This document shows positions 8,901-18,197 of a stretch of DNA of 64,000 nucleotides, one piece after another. The translations under genes and the position numbers were made by a program. Where the stretch lies: positions 686 to 64,685 of IMG/VR virus record IMGVR_UViG_3300031949_000030; one strand, given 5' to 3'. Numbering within the stretch: the first letter of the stretch is position 1; each line of letters starts with the position of its first letter. This DNA comes from a virus. The notes beneath the pieces were generated by a model that saw only the letters and a program-made list of their open reading frames with translations, had not been told where the DNA came from and did no database searches.

Positions 8901-11482
8901 AGAATAAGGAACCGGTCTCCCAGGATGAGAGAGACAGACTTACTGAGCTCTCAGACAAGAGAAGTGAACTTAGTCTTACAAAGTTAGAGAGATCCGAGCT
9001 AAGGTCTCTCTATGCTTCTTTGAGAGAGCTGCAGAGTAAGCAGGCTACAGACTACTACCTTGACATACTGAATAACTGGATGACCAAGCTCAATTCTCCA
9101 AAGCAGGATATCACCAGGGATATCGCTGACGAGTTTCTTAAGGATCCTGTCCTGGAGCAACTGTTAGCATCAGACACTAACTTTCGCAGCTGGTTCCTGA
9201 AGAACCATGTAAAGAGAGAGCGCTATAATCCCGACACACAACAGAAGGAGCCTGTCTGGGAGAGACTTTATGTATGGAATGTTATAGTCCCTAACAATCC
9301 CACCTACTATAAAACTACAAAGCTTTCTACAGGGGAGGTTATAAAAGGTGTACCTACACTTGAGCATTACAGTCGTAATATCAGATCCGAGTTCAGAACC
9401 AAGAAGGTAGTAGGAGAGACCATAGATAATACAGGAGAATGGCTCCCTAAAGATATTAAAGGCAGCCCTTATCTTAATGAGGATTATGACAGGCTAAAAA
9501 GGGAAGATCCTAAACTCTTCAAGTTACTTGAGACTCTTAAGAGTTATCACCTGAAGTTCCAGGAAGGTTTACCTAAGACTTCTAAACTTTATCTGGAGAT
9601 TCCTCGTTTCCGTAAGGACAACCTGGAGTATCTCCAGACTACTAATGTGGCCAAGCAGAAGATGTCTGCTGCAGGATCATACCTCAAATCTATCAAGGAC
9701 TACTTCACACATGCCAAGGATGATGCTGAGGTGGGACTCAATTACGAGCAGAACTTCTCACTGGTAAGTACAGACATGTTCGATAATGAAATCACCCGGA
9801 TACCTATCCGTGGTAAGTATGACCTGGATCTTGATCAGGTTTCGCTCGATATCACTCACTCTATGGCCCGCTATATGTTCTCAGCAGAGAAGCAGAAAGC
9901 ACTCATAGAGATTAACCCCTTAGCTCAGGCTCTTAGCCAGGTAGTCTCTAACCAGGAAGACAATGGTATCAAAGATCTCAAGAAGGTAAATAAGTACAAC
10001 TTCGTAAACAGAGGTATTATTACCTATATGAACAAGAAGGGTAAGGGAGTAAGGCAAGCTGCTGTGAACAATCTTATAGAGAGGGAGCTCTATGGTAAGA
10101 CTGTTACAGGAGTAGGCTCCGGAAGTCCTGTCCTTAACAAAGTGGTAAACTTTATGTTTAGCCGTGCATCCTTTCAGTTCTTTGCCCTGAATATTCCACC
10201 GGCTCTTGTTAATAGATGGTCTGCTATGTACCAGACTATGTTGTCAGCTGCGGCCGGTCAGTATCTTAATCTCAGGGACTATACTAAGGGACGCAAGTGG
10301 TCTACTACAGCTGCAGCAGAGATGAGCCAGCAGATATATAACCCCGGCCCTAAGAGTCTCAAGCTACAAATGCTGGAGATATTCGATCCGGCACAGGGAA
10401 GACTCGAAGAGAAATTCGGAGAAGGACCAAGCAGAAGTATAGCCAGAGATGCAGCAGGATTATCCTGGCTGTATAGTCACAGGAAATGGCTGGAGATAGA
10501 GGCTACCTTCCAGCTCTTCGCGGGAATGATGCATCATGTAAAAGTAGAACAGAAGATAGGAAAGACTACCAAGCAGATCGATTATATAGATGCCTGGGAG
10601 ATCAAAGACGGACAGATACAGCTGAAGGAAGGTATAGACCCTGAGTGGGCAGTAGGAGGAGCTAAATTCTTAGCTCAGAGAAACCGGATGCACGAAGCCT
10701 CCAATCAACTCAACGGATCCTTCGGTAAATTTGATCAACCAGAGGGGCAACGTTACATACTTTACAGGTTTGTGATGTTCCTCAAGAGGTACTTCACCTC
10801 TATGTTTATGCACAGGTTCGCCTTTAATACCAGCACAGGAGGCTCCCGGTATAATATTGCACTAGGCGAAATGACGGAGGGAAGATATATAACTTCCATG
10901 AAGTCGGGAGCAAGGTTAATAAAGACACTAGGGGGTCATAGCTACTACATGACACCCGGTGAGAAAAGAGCTCTCCTGTCTAACGGTATAGAGATAATCA
11001 CCCTTACTCTTATGAATTACATGCTCACCTGGATGTTTGACTGGGATCCAGAAGACGAGGAGAGATTCGAGAAGCTCCGGGCTAAGAGTGGTCCTTTAGG
11101 TGCAGAGGATTTCAAATTCGGAGGATGGATGTCTAATCACTTCCTCTATATGGGTATTAAACTCCGGTCAGAGAACCAGCAGTTTGTGCCTCTGCCAGGA
11201 CTAGGTATGCAAGACCTTATAGCTATGGCAGACCCTACAAGTATTGCCAAAGGACCTACTATAGAGTTAGCCGGACAGGTTCTCACAGATCTCTACAATC
11301 TTACCCTGGGGGTAGAGCGAAAAGCTTACTATCAAAGAGACATAGGTCCTTACTCATGGCAGAAGGAAGGAGCACTTAAGACATGGAACCGTCTGGGAAA
11401 GGCTCTGGGGTTAAGCGGAACATCTGTAGATCCTGTTATGCAGATCAAGAACTTTACTTCTATGCAGGCACTCAAGAGATAA
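5942..11482 (+). CDS. Giant protein (1846 aa) with zincin-like HExxH motif; probable virion or ejected protein
   Basis: Uninterrupted 5.5-kb ORF starting 4 nt after the stop of ORF1. 'VIHEFSHPLVRAI' contains HExxH. The central region is Lys/Glu-rich and looks coiled-coil (aa ~380-1000). The C-terminal half is more hydrophobic and globular. Confidence 0.5.
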   Translation: MAAVCPNKSLNEWISLENIFGEFDAHRIWMMSGRDYPSVLHGSLYLYLHNQPAEATSVLEQYYPSEDISRLESRPSLTSVISGMNSEVFADSNYLKWMQDSGLSQKVGLDKVYKNDKITKDGIRFTQITVHNVDTPEQEPTTNLDIAKQNNARAKEIITRLSDRLSQKLGIEYEMISPEEAEKLLSPTKTPWKGENAFFFGGRVYFVGDNITTEQVIHEFSHPLVRAIRVGNKEAFNNLYKELVNTPEGLLLIEETVTLYPELNREEDLFKEEVIVKALSRSVELKNLGQKTSKGFAGFIKNLLYNIRQILRKVFGSKVKVEKLSPETTIEELAALLQEEDFIIDNELVTDENIAAFVRDTRKYEQGLKDVEKSVLIDNVNRFYDVISNHVRKVRENKNYAEMRKILADEIGQGDLAEIKSTLRSYQTLENKMAEVAENAEFERQRMQALILSVLRMEEMIQRVKTHLLELKSKSDKDSLYKASYYGHLTKSWKNFVEESKKGLTDSGVPESADFYQKLSNISSAIDSSDRIIESIFKPVLAEVFEEQSKNLQAHIEKAHKDIMEQLRKKDASQAELDKEVSNYNQVKLDRSKFELLLEGKLGDANFMNSYLEGYLSNNDPVINSFALFIKNTKAAAEFSAQKKVNEFLKTLEPLYKDVGFSATRFTKTNKKMIFADKDGYVDDDGTFKERIVFTFLNRFKNYKYDLEALRHKIQSAKEKQDKDALRKSVTEMKELRRKWFHQEYAPEFYEREKIFEQSDLAMEARDDRQRILDEINAVRLSISDEFSMAEAQEEIKVLLDELRQLHSLRDLGGNLKTGTELEKAQILRQYREESRKFYEWKEIPQSFETSLNNYEQQLFNQGIIGEDAKVQRAIWIRNHTRTVINERFYEVRSSILNRIKEITSQLPEDQQSKLDISAAWSDIIDTVSGFRDNDGQPVGSDMSEGRVALIKQRQEEIIQAQSQLAGLSGLTLEEVDELNDIYSKLKNKEPVSQDERDRLTELSDKRSELSLTKLERSELRSLYASLRELQSKQATDYYLDILNNWMTKLNSPKQDITRDIADEFLKDPVLEQLLASDTNFRSWFLKNHVKRERYNPDTQQKEPVWERLYVWNVIVPNNPTYYKTTKLSTGEVIKGVPTLEHYSRNIRSEFRTKKVVGETIDNTGEWLPKDIKGSPYLNEDYDRLKREDPKLFKLLETLKSYHLKFQEGLPKTSKLYLEIPRFRKDNLEYLQTTNVAKQKMSAAGSYLKSIKDYFTHAKDDAEVGLNYEQNFSLVSTDMFDNEITRIPIRGKYDLDLDQVSLDITHSMARYMFSAEKQKALIEINPLAQALSQVVSNQEDNGIKDLKKVNKYNFVNRGIITYMNKKGKGVRQAAVNNLIERELYGKTVTGVGSGSPVLNKVVNFMFSRASFQFFALNIPPALVNRWSAMYQTMLSAAAGQYLNLRDYTKGRKWSTTAAAEMSQQIYNPGPKSLKLQMLEIFDPAQGRLEEKFGEGPSRSIARDAAGLSWLYSHRKWLEIEATFQLFAGMMHHVKVEQKIGKTTKQIDYIDAWEIKDGQIQLKEGIDPEWAVGGAKFLAQRNRMHEASNQLNGSFGKFDQPEGQRYILYRFVMFLKRYFTSMFMHRFAFNTSTGGSRYNIALGEMTEGRYITSMKSGARLIKTLGGHSYYMTPGEKRALLSNGIEIITLTLMNYMLTWMFDWDPEDEERFEKLRAKSGPLGAEDFKFGGWMSNHFLYMGIKLRSENQQFVPLPGLGMQDLIAMADPTSIAKGPTIELAGQVLTDLYNLTLGVERKAYYQRDIGPYSWQKEGALKTWNRLGKALGLSGTSVDPVMQIKNFTSMQALKR

Positions 11483-11714
11483 GTTACTTATATCTATCCT
11501 GTATACTTCTGGGAGGAAGTCCGGAGATCTCAGATAAGTCTTTCACTGAGACCTTAAATCTACCGGATCCAAATTCGCTATGACTCACCAGGGCATAGGT
11601 ATACCATGTATCCACATAGAGTATGTAGATCTTCTTCTCCTTATAAACTGCGGCGAAGCTTCCTCCTGATCTCTCACTAATAACACTCATATCAATCATG
11701 CTGACGATGATAGC

Positions 11715-11746
11715 AAAAAAGGGGAATAGGTATTACCCTACTCCCC
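11715..11746 (-). terminator. Rho-independent terminator for the minus-strand block at the convergent junction
   Basis: On the minus-strand RNA: GGGGAGUAGG-GUAAUA-CCUAUUCCCC, a 10-bp stem with one G.U pair (plus 11721-11746), followed by UUUUUU (plus A-run 11715-11720). It overlaps the stop of the last minus-strand gene. Confidence 0.5.
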
Positions 11747-12091
11747 CGAAGGTTTAACAGTAGTATCTGCAGAGCAGAGTTTTATATTCAAAAAATCAGG
11801 ATCTACCTGAAAGGTGTACTCTCCAGGGCGTACTATCCATTCTGGCTCATCACCAACGGTGATAGGTAGAGGACCTATAGTAGTCCAGGGATAGACACGA
11901 GGCTGAATATATGGGTATAACCCCTCTGACCCCTCTGTTTTGGGCATAAGAGTATATTCCTCCCAGGCAAAGTCAGGGAGTAACTTCTGGAGTGTATTGA
12001 TCAGCTCCTTCATATTTATACTGTGATCTACAGTTAGTGTTTTAAGGTTAGTGTCTATGGTTATTCTCATAGTCTGTTTGGTTTCTGTCAT
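11738..12091 (-). CDS. Hypothetical protein (117 aa); last gene of the minus-strand block
   Basis: ORF with no antisense competitor. It ends inside the terminator hairpin. Confidence 0.4.
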   Translation of the reverse strand: MTETKQTMRITIDTNLKTLTVDHSINMKELINTLQKLLPDFAWEEYTLMPKTEGSEGLYPYIQPRVYPWTTIGPLPITVGDEPEWIVRPGEYTFQVDPDFLNIKLCSADTTVKPSGE

Positions 12092-12183
12092 TATACATAA
12101 TTGACAGAAGGCACAGATACAGGTGGAAGATCCATCCCCTAAGGGTGTTCCTCCTCCTGTAGTCCTTGTACCTCTCCTGTAGC

Positions 12184-12996
12184 TTATTTTGTGACATGAC
12201 TTACTTCTTCAAGTGCATCATCAATAGTGAGCTGATATCCCGGGGTAGTTTTGTCTACCAGGTTAGACAGGTGAGCATTATCTATTCCAAACTCTGTAGT
12301 CAGGAAGTAGTGAATGGCCATATGACGGCTCATCCAGTCCTTAGGGTGACATCTCTGCATAGCATAGAGTATATCATTAAAGAACACCCAGAGACTCTCT
12401 GGATCCGCCTTATAATCGAACTTAGGATTATGTATCTGATCCCTGATCACAGACATCTGCTCAGTATTTAACACACCATGCTCTATAAAAAGCTTACCTA
12501 CAATCTCAGCTCTCCTGGTAAGGCTAACTGTAGTCTCCTTCATAGCATCCTTATCAGCAACTACCCGACAGAAGTGCCTTTCCGCTCTTCGAACCTGTTC
12601 CTGTATAGTAGATATCATCTCTACATCTGCCACACCGGTATGTTTGCGTCCCCAGGAACTCATATCCCCGGAGATAACACCGTTACCACTAGCATGCACA
12701 AATCCTCCCATGGCACACCGGAAGCGCAGACTCTTATCATAGCTGTTAGACCAGGTGAACATCATACCCATATCCGGGTCATTTCCATACTTAAGGTAGT
12801 ATATTCCCTGTGCTACCTGTGCATTCATACTGCACTTGTATAACTCCTTGTGGACCATGAAGCCGTTTATAGCCAGCTGATCTAAAGTGGTGGATATAAC
12901 AAGCGCATGCTCAAGGGTAGTGTATGTATCTGTTTTCTCAGGAACAGGAGCATTAGTTATGTATTCCTTCCCTGCTGTTGAGTTTCTCTTTGACAT
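12184..12996 (-). CDS. Hypothetical protein (270 aa), possibly DUF932-like phage/plasmid protein
   Basis: Long ORF with no recognisable catalytic motif. The family guess is weak. Confidence 0.45.
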   Translation of the reverse strand: MSKRNSTAGKEYITNAPVPEKTDTYTTLEHALVISTTLDQLAINGFMVHKELYKCSMNAQVAQGIYYLKYGNDPDMGMMFTWSNSYDKSLRFRCAMGGFVHASGNGVISGDMSSWGRKHTGVADVEMISTIQEQVRRAERHFCRVVADKDAMKETTVSLTRRAEIVGKLFIEHGVLNTEQMSVIRDQIHNPKFDYKADPESLWVFFNDILYAMQRCHPKDWMSRHMAIHYFLTTEFGIDNAHLSNLVDKTTPGYQLTIDDALEEVSHVTK

Positions 12997-13013
12997 ATAG
13001 TTTCCTTTTTATA

Positions 13014-14960
13014 TCATACTGGAAAAAGCTCCAGCTCTAGTTGGTTTGATTTCACAGGTACTATCCTAGAGAGCTCACTGTAGATCTGCTCAAGATAGTA
13101 ACTTTCGTTGACATCATAGTCTCTCCACTTTCTCTCTATATAGGAATTCATCTCTGTCTGCATCCATCTTCCACTCTCCAGTCTTAACTCCCGGCCATCA
13201 GTAAGATTAACCTTGATGATCTTGCATCCTGAGTTAGAGATATAATACCGGATAGTATCCTGCATTTTATCGTAGGTAACTTTTCCGTCAACTACACATG
13301 TCTGCATAAATGCCCAGTCTCCGCGTATACGGTGACCGGCACAGTAGTCGAATATATTACGGTTATCCTCCAGATACTTCTCGGGCATGATGTCGTGCAC
13401 GAGGTAGTGAAAGATAGCCTTTGGTATAATAAGGTGGCTCTTATTTTTATGTAAGTGTGTAGGCTTATGATTCTGCAGGTCTTCCCACTCGAACCGGCCC
13501 TTACACTTTGTTTTACCACTGTAGTATACACCGATGTATGAGTTGACATCCCAGATGAACATCTTGCTATACTCAGCAAATTCCAGCTGCAGACCAGACA
13601 ACTTCTCCCAGTTCTTACATATTTCTTCATATCTGGTAAGGTCTGATCTTCTTATCCGCAGTGTTGCTCCGTCAGTATTAGTTTGTAATAGTTGGCAGTC
13701 TTCCAGACTCAGTACAAGGTCTTCTACCAACATAGTGAGTAACATCTGTCCATTGATAGTAGTCTGCATAGTGTACTGGCTGTCGAAGAGCCATGAGTAT
13801 TTGTTGTTAGAGTTGCCGTAGGAGGCATTTGCCGCCTCTTTAAAGCCCTCTACTATTGCCTTGTCTCCTTTATCTCCCTTAATCTTCTCCGCAGTCCTGA
13901 CATCAACTATGTCGTTCTTATAGACCTGGAAGAACTCGTCACCCAGATGTGCAGGATACATCCCGTTGGCAATAGCCAGGTTAGGATATAGTCCCGTCAC
14001 ATCAAGATCTTTAATAATGTAGGTTTCATCACTTAGATAGATCCCTGGCTTTATGCATTGGTGCATCCCTCCGGATCCGTAGTCAAACTGATATCCCCTG
14101 AACTTCTCACTGAAGGTAAGGTCTCCCTTTGTGTTTACTATAACTTTACCCCGAAGAGTCTCCAACATACGCTGAAGTTCTATACTCCGGAAGGATATAT
14201 AAGGAAAGAGTATATCACTCACTTTTATGGGACCTCTCTTAGTTCTTCCTCTGCGAACCGATTGAGGTTTCCTTCCTGTCTTATCACAATAGAGCTTAAG
14301 CAGGAGCTCACTCCCTATCTTAGTATTTGAGTAGCTGTAACAGGGAATCCCGTACCGCTCGTGCATGAGCTTACGTAGTCCTATCTGAGACTTACACAGG
14401 TGTAGTATGTTCTTTGTTGAGAGAACATCATTTTTACAGTAGCTCACTACTGTCTCTATCTCTTCTTCTGTATGTACTTCCTGACTATGATGTATAGGCA
14501 TCTCCTGGAGATTGTTCCAGTCCATAGAGAATTGTACCCACTTAAGGGAGGCTCTCTTCTGGGGATTATCCCAGTGATTCATCCTATAGACATCCAGCTG
14601 GGGTATAAACAGACTCTTCTCCGGATATTCTGAGAACATGTCCTGATCCTGCCGGGATATTACCTCCTGAGCCTTTCTGTATATAGCTCTTGCTGTCTTG
14701 TCACCAGAAAGAGATAGTAGAATTCTCCGGTTAAGAAGAATCCACTGTATAACCTGACTGTCAAAGTTCAGACCGTTGTAGGATATATGCTTCTCCCTGT
14801 TTCTGCGGTTCCTGTCGAGAAATTCCAGAAGAGCCGGGAGATCGTTCCTCTTATCATGTACGACGAAGGTGTAACTCTCCTCGGAGGTATAGTGTATAAA
14901 GCAAGCCACAAAAAGCGAGCTTAAAGTCTCGATATCATGTACCCAGTGGGATTTACTCAT
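13014..14960 (-). CDS. Family B DNA polymerase with 3'-5' exonuclease domain
   Basis: Exo I 'HDIETLS' (DxE). Exo II 'YNGLNFDSQVI' (YNxxxFD). Motif A 'DVTGLYPNLAI' (DxxSLYPS). Motif B 'KEAANASYGNS' (KxxxNSxYG). Candidate motif C 'QTNTDGA'. Confidence 0.75.
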   Translation of the reverse strand: MSKSHWVHDIETLSSLFVACFIHYTSEESYTFVVHDKRNDLPALLEFLDRNRRNREKHISYNGLNFDSQVIQWILLNRRILLSLSGDKTARAIYRKAQEVISRQDQDMFSEYPEKSLFIPQLDVYRMNHWDNPQKRASLKWVQFSMDWNNLQEMPIHHSQEVHTEEEIETVVSYCKNDVLSTKNILHLCKSQIGLRKLMHERYGIPCYSYSNTKIGSELLLKLYCDKTGRKPQSVRRGRTKRGPIKVSDILFPYISFRSIELQRMLETLRGKVIVNTKGDLTFSEKFRGYQFDYGSGGMHQCIKPGIYLSDETYIIKDLDVTGLYPNLAIANGMYPAHLGDEFFQVYKNDIVDVRTAEKIKGDKGDKAIVEGFKEAANASYGNSNNKYSWLFDSQYTMQTTINGQMLLTMLVEDLVLSLEDCQLLQTNTDGATLRIRRSDLTRYEEICKNWEKLSGLQLEFAEYSKMFIWDVNSYIGVYYSGKTKCKGRFEWEDLQNHKPTHLHKNKSHLIIPKAIFHYLVHDIMPEKYLEDNRNIFDYCAGHRIRGDWAFMQTCVVDGKVTYDKMQDTIRYYISNSGCKIIKVNLTDGRELRLESGRWMQTEMNSYIERKWRDYDVNESYYLEQIYSELSRIVPVKSNQLELELFPV

Positions 14961-15027
14961 CTGAGAGGGTCATGGACAGAAAAGGGAGCATTACATGTGC
15001 TCCCTTTCTCCCCGGTTAGTAATATAT

Positions 15028-15483
15028 TTATGGTGTTACGATCAGCTGGGCTTTCTCAGGCTCAGGCAGCTCAAGTGCTGTCATGTAAGCCCCGTAGTCG
15101 AAAGTTCCCGAGTTGATCGCGAACATATTAATCATCGTCTTGATATCTTCAGTATCATGTACGTAGTACTCCTGGAACGTGTCCAGTATCTTACGTTCTT
15201 CCTTGTACATCTTTCCACCTTTCCTGGCAGCTTTAAGTACGTCTACATCTCCTAGAGCATCGACCTTAGGGACCATGTGCATATTCTCTTTAGTGATCTT
15301 AGATATAATCACCAGAACCCTCGTAGTGGGGTCATATAACATTTCTACGAAAGGGCAGTCAGACCTCAGAGGTATCAGCCTGAAGCTCTTCTTCTCTGTC
15401 CAGTTCGAGTGAATAAGGAGCATATTAGCTCCTGTTGTTAAGTTGGTCATGTAAGTTGGTTTGAGCTGCAAATTAAGAGACAA
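15028..15483 (-). CDS. Hypothetical protein (151 aa)
   Basis: ORF in a co-directional operon-like string. Confidence 0.4.
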   Translation of the reverse strand: MSLNLQLKPTYMTNLTTGANMLLIHSNWTEKKSFRLIPLRSDCPFVEMLYDPTTRVLVIISKITKENMHMVPKVDALGDVDVLKAARKGGKMYKEERKILDTFQEYYVHDTEDIKTMINMFAINSGTFDYGAYMTALELPEPEKAQLIVTP

Positions 15484-16045
15484 TATTCTTAACCTCCAAA
15501 CCTTTCAGCTCTACCTGTAGTGTTTCTTTATCAACATCTGGTCTGTCACATAGCTCTCCGGCTATCTTCAGGTCGCGCATGCTACATTTTAGCAGGTCTG
15601 AGTATATAGCAAAGTACTTCTCAGGATGTACATAACTACACACATAAGCGTAGTTTCTGTCCTGACCCCTGAAGTACTCCTTTATCTTTGACTTGACCGG
15701 CTCAGAGAGCTTTGAATATCTTCCGTTGAGGAAGTGTTCCCAGTCTCCGGCATATTTACTAAGGTCAAAGGTATATACAGCTCTTCTCTCAGTTACCTCG
15801 TGATAACTTTCAAAGAGTGTATTCTCCAGTAACATCTTCCGTTCGAAGGTCCTGAAATCAGGATCCTCCCTCCGATAGTAGAGACATACCAGTCTCCTAT
15901 CTGCAGGCTTTATCGTTCCCTCCCAGCCTATGTAAGACTGAATAGGAATGATACTACCTCGTTTGATACCCAGTACAGGGAACAGAAATACCCTGCTCTT
16001 CTGGAAGTATTCAGCATAAATCTTCTTGATCACACCATTAGACAT
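15473..16045 (-). CDS. Hypothetical protein (190 aa)
   Basis: ORF. It overlaps its neighbour by 11 nt, which suggests translational coupling. Confidence 0.4.
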   Translation of the reverse strand: MSNGVIKKIYAEYFQKSRVFLFPVLGIKRGSIIPIQSYIGWEGTIKPADRRLVCLYYRREDPDFRTFERKMLLENTLFESYHEVTERRAVYTFDLSKYAGDWEHFLNGRYSKLSEPVKSKIKEYFRGQDRNYAYVCSYVHPEKYFAIYSDLLKCSMRDLKIAGELCDRPDVDKETLQVELKGLEVKNIVS

Positions 16046-16057
16046 AAGGTTTTTAGT

Positions 16058-17083
16058 TTACAGTACAACAATACCCTCTGCGAACTTACGTGGCAGAGTA
16101 AAGTCACGCTTGACATAGTGATAAGAGGCATCATCCAGGACATCAGAAGTTTTCAGATTCCACTCTCTCATACTCTCGTTAGTTACACCGAAGCAGTAGA
16201 CTTGGTTGCTGATATCTATAACTATAAAGTGGAACACCATTGTCCAGTCCTTCTCACCTCCGGTAAACTTTTCTACATTGAAGGCTACCAGCTTACTATA
16301 GATCACAGCCTGCATCCAGTATCTGTAGTACTCTAGACTTTCTGGAAATTCGGCTATAGTCTTGCTTGTTCTCTTAACATCATTTATGTATAAGGTCTTA
16401 GTGGAAGCCCCTGCACGCAGATTATCCAATATACCCTTAATTCCAAAACTTCTCCCCGGAAGATCTGCCTCCAGATATAGTTCATTCCAGACTCCGGAAG
16501 GGGGTTCCCCGCAACCGAGTCCCAGTAGTTCACAGGCTTTCGGGTTCATTCTTATAGCCTCCTTAGCATCCATAGCTCTCTGCATCATCTCCATATCCAC
16601 GATATTCTTCGTGTCACGTATTTTAAGGTAGTCAAAGTAAGCGGAGTTCTCATCAGTCACTATCTTCTCTATCCTTTGTGCATCTGTACCTAAAGACTGG
16701 TAAAGGTTTATCTCCTCCAGCACCTCAAGTATCTTTTCTCCGAAGCCCGAGAGGACCTCTTCTGCCGTACCTATCTCTTGCTCCAGGAGTTTCCGGTACT
16801 CAATATATATCCTATCCACCACCTTCTTTGGATTCTCCGAAGGTAGTTTAGTCTGTGAAAGCACAAACTGCTCTGAGAACTTCTCCTCATCCAACAGCAG
16901 ACAGTGGGTAAGCTTTCCTTCTATAAGGTGCTTATCCAGTTTCTCTACTCTTCGCCTAAGTACATAGTGCTTATAAAACATAGAGGGAGAATATAAAAGT
17001 TTGTTAAGACCTGAGTAGGAGAACAGGAATCTCTCACTATAGAACTGGTCTTCAGCCTTTCTTTTATCCAAGGTCTCTATCAT
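16058..17083 (-). CDS. PD-(D/E)xK nuclease, RecB/Cas4-like exonuclease
   Basis: 'GIKGILDNL' (D motif), then 'LYINDVKRTSK' ((D/E)xK), then 'YWMQAVIY' (the QxxxY motif typical of RecB-family nucleases). Confidence 0.5.
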   Translation of the reverse strand: MIETLDKRKAEDQFYSERFLFSYSGLNKLLYSPSMFYKHYVLRRRVEKLDKHLIEGKLTHCLLLDEEKFSEQFVLSQTKLPSENPKKVVDRIYIEYRKLLEQEIGTAEEVLSGFGEKILEVLEEINLYQSLGTDAQRIEKIVTDENSAYFDYLKIRDTKNIVDMEMMQRAMDAKEAIRMNPKACELLGLGCGEPPSGVWNELYLEADLPGRSFGIKGILDNLRAGASTKTLYINDVKRTSKTIAEFPESLEYYRYWMQAVIYSKLVAFNVEKFTGGEKDWTMVFHFIVIDISNQVYCFGVTNESMREWNLKTSDVLDDASYHYVKRDFTLPRKFAEGIVVL

Positions 17084-18141
17084 AACTTCTCCTCCCCGAA
17101 TATCTCTACACAGTTAGAGCAGCTTTCCTTCACAAGCTTCCTGCCGGATTCACTAAGGGTGATCTTCCCTATAATAAAGTGCTCCTGATGAAGGATTCTG
17201 TTAACGTCACGCTTAACATGATCCATAAAGACCCTGTAGCTGTCCTTGGTCATCAGCTTTTTACTTACCATTGTTTCAAGGGCACTATCTACTGTCATCC
17301 TGTAGTTTATTCCCAAGTAAGTCTTCATAGCTGTAAAGTTAACATGACTATGGTTCCTATGCTGGAATATCTTGTCCTTGAACTCCAGACACAGACTCAT
17401 GAGATAGACTGCAGACTTTACGTAGTCACTATTAGCCATAATTTCCATAGCTACGGCCCAGTTCCCCGAATCCTCACTCTTAAACATGGCAGATAACCTG
17501 CCACAAATCTCCTCATCTATTACAGTAGCCCCCTCGTTGATCAGAGAGAGTATGCTGTCTTCATGATAGGACACACCTGCAAAATTAGGTAGTGTATCTT
17601 CTGATGGCAGCTTCACCCAACGACCATAATTATAGTCACCATGAGCAGAAAAGTTAGTAAGTACCCAACTAGAATTACCCGTGAAGACTACGTAAGGGAC
17701 CTCTGTATTATTCATTTCACTCAACAGCAAATCACGCTGCCTGATATCTATCGTAGAACTACAGGACAGAGAGTTAACCCACTTACCATATACCTCTTTA
17801 GTTATATAAAAAGCCCGGAAGCTGGGGAAGCTCTTATCTATATAATCTCCTCCGATTATTATTACATCAGCGTCCTCCCGTGACTTTACAAGTCTGACAT
17901 CTGATCGCTTACACCACTCCCTTAGCTTTACCTGGGGTATATGGTGGTCCTTCAAGAGCAGGATTTTATCTCCGGCTTTTGGTATATAACATGAGCTCTG
18001 CCCGGATATATAAGCATTAATATCAGGGTCAGGCGTCTTGTAGACAGTGACTATCTCAGTCTCTACCTCTACCGGAGTAGTGGTGACATCGATGTTAGTC
18101 ACATAGAGCATAGACACAAAGTCCTCTCTCTTCATTTGCAT
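17080..18141 (-). CDS. Hypothetical protein (353 aa) with weak metallophosphoesterase-like motifs
   Basis: 'LLLKDHH', 'VIIIGGDYID' (GDxxD-like), 'VVFTGNSSW' (GNH-like) and 'SAHGDYNYG' sit in the order expected for calcineurin-like phosphoesterases. The spacing was not verified. Confidence 0.3.
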   Translation of the reverse strand: MQMKREDFVSMLYVTNIDVTTTPVEVETEIVTVYKTPDPDINAYISGQSSCYIPKAGDKILLLKDHHIPQVKLREWCKRSDVRLVKSREDADVIIIGGDYIDKSFPSFRAFYITKEVYGKWVNSLSCSSTIDIRQRDLLLSEMNNTEVPYVVFTGNSSWVLTNFSAHGDYNYGRWVKLPSEDTLPNFAGVSYHEDSILSLINEGATVIDEEICGRLSAMFKSEDSGNWAVAMEIMANSDYVKSAVYLMSLCLEFKDKIFQHRNHSHVNFTAMKTYLGINYRMTVDSALETMVSKKLMTKDSYRVFMDHVKRDVNRILHQEHFIIGKITLSESGRKLVKESCSNCVEIFGEEKL

Positions 18142-18197
18142 GTTGATTTTAGTTGGTGTGAGAGGGGATATGGTTCTCCCCTCTACTCCTGTTATTC

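Noticed and set aside
6277-9367. Minus-strand ORFs inside the second giant gene
   Set aside because: Antisense shadow ORFs of a continuous 5.5-kb coding frame.
12166-12843. + strand ORFs of 101 and 121 aa overlapping the minus-strand 270-aa gene
   Set aside because: They are fully embedded antisense in a longer ORF and have a low-complexity Cys/Ser/Leu composition.
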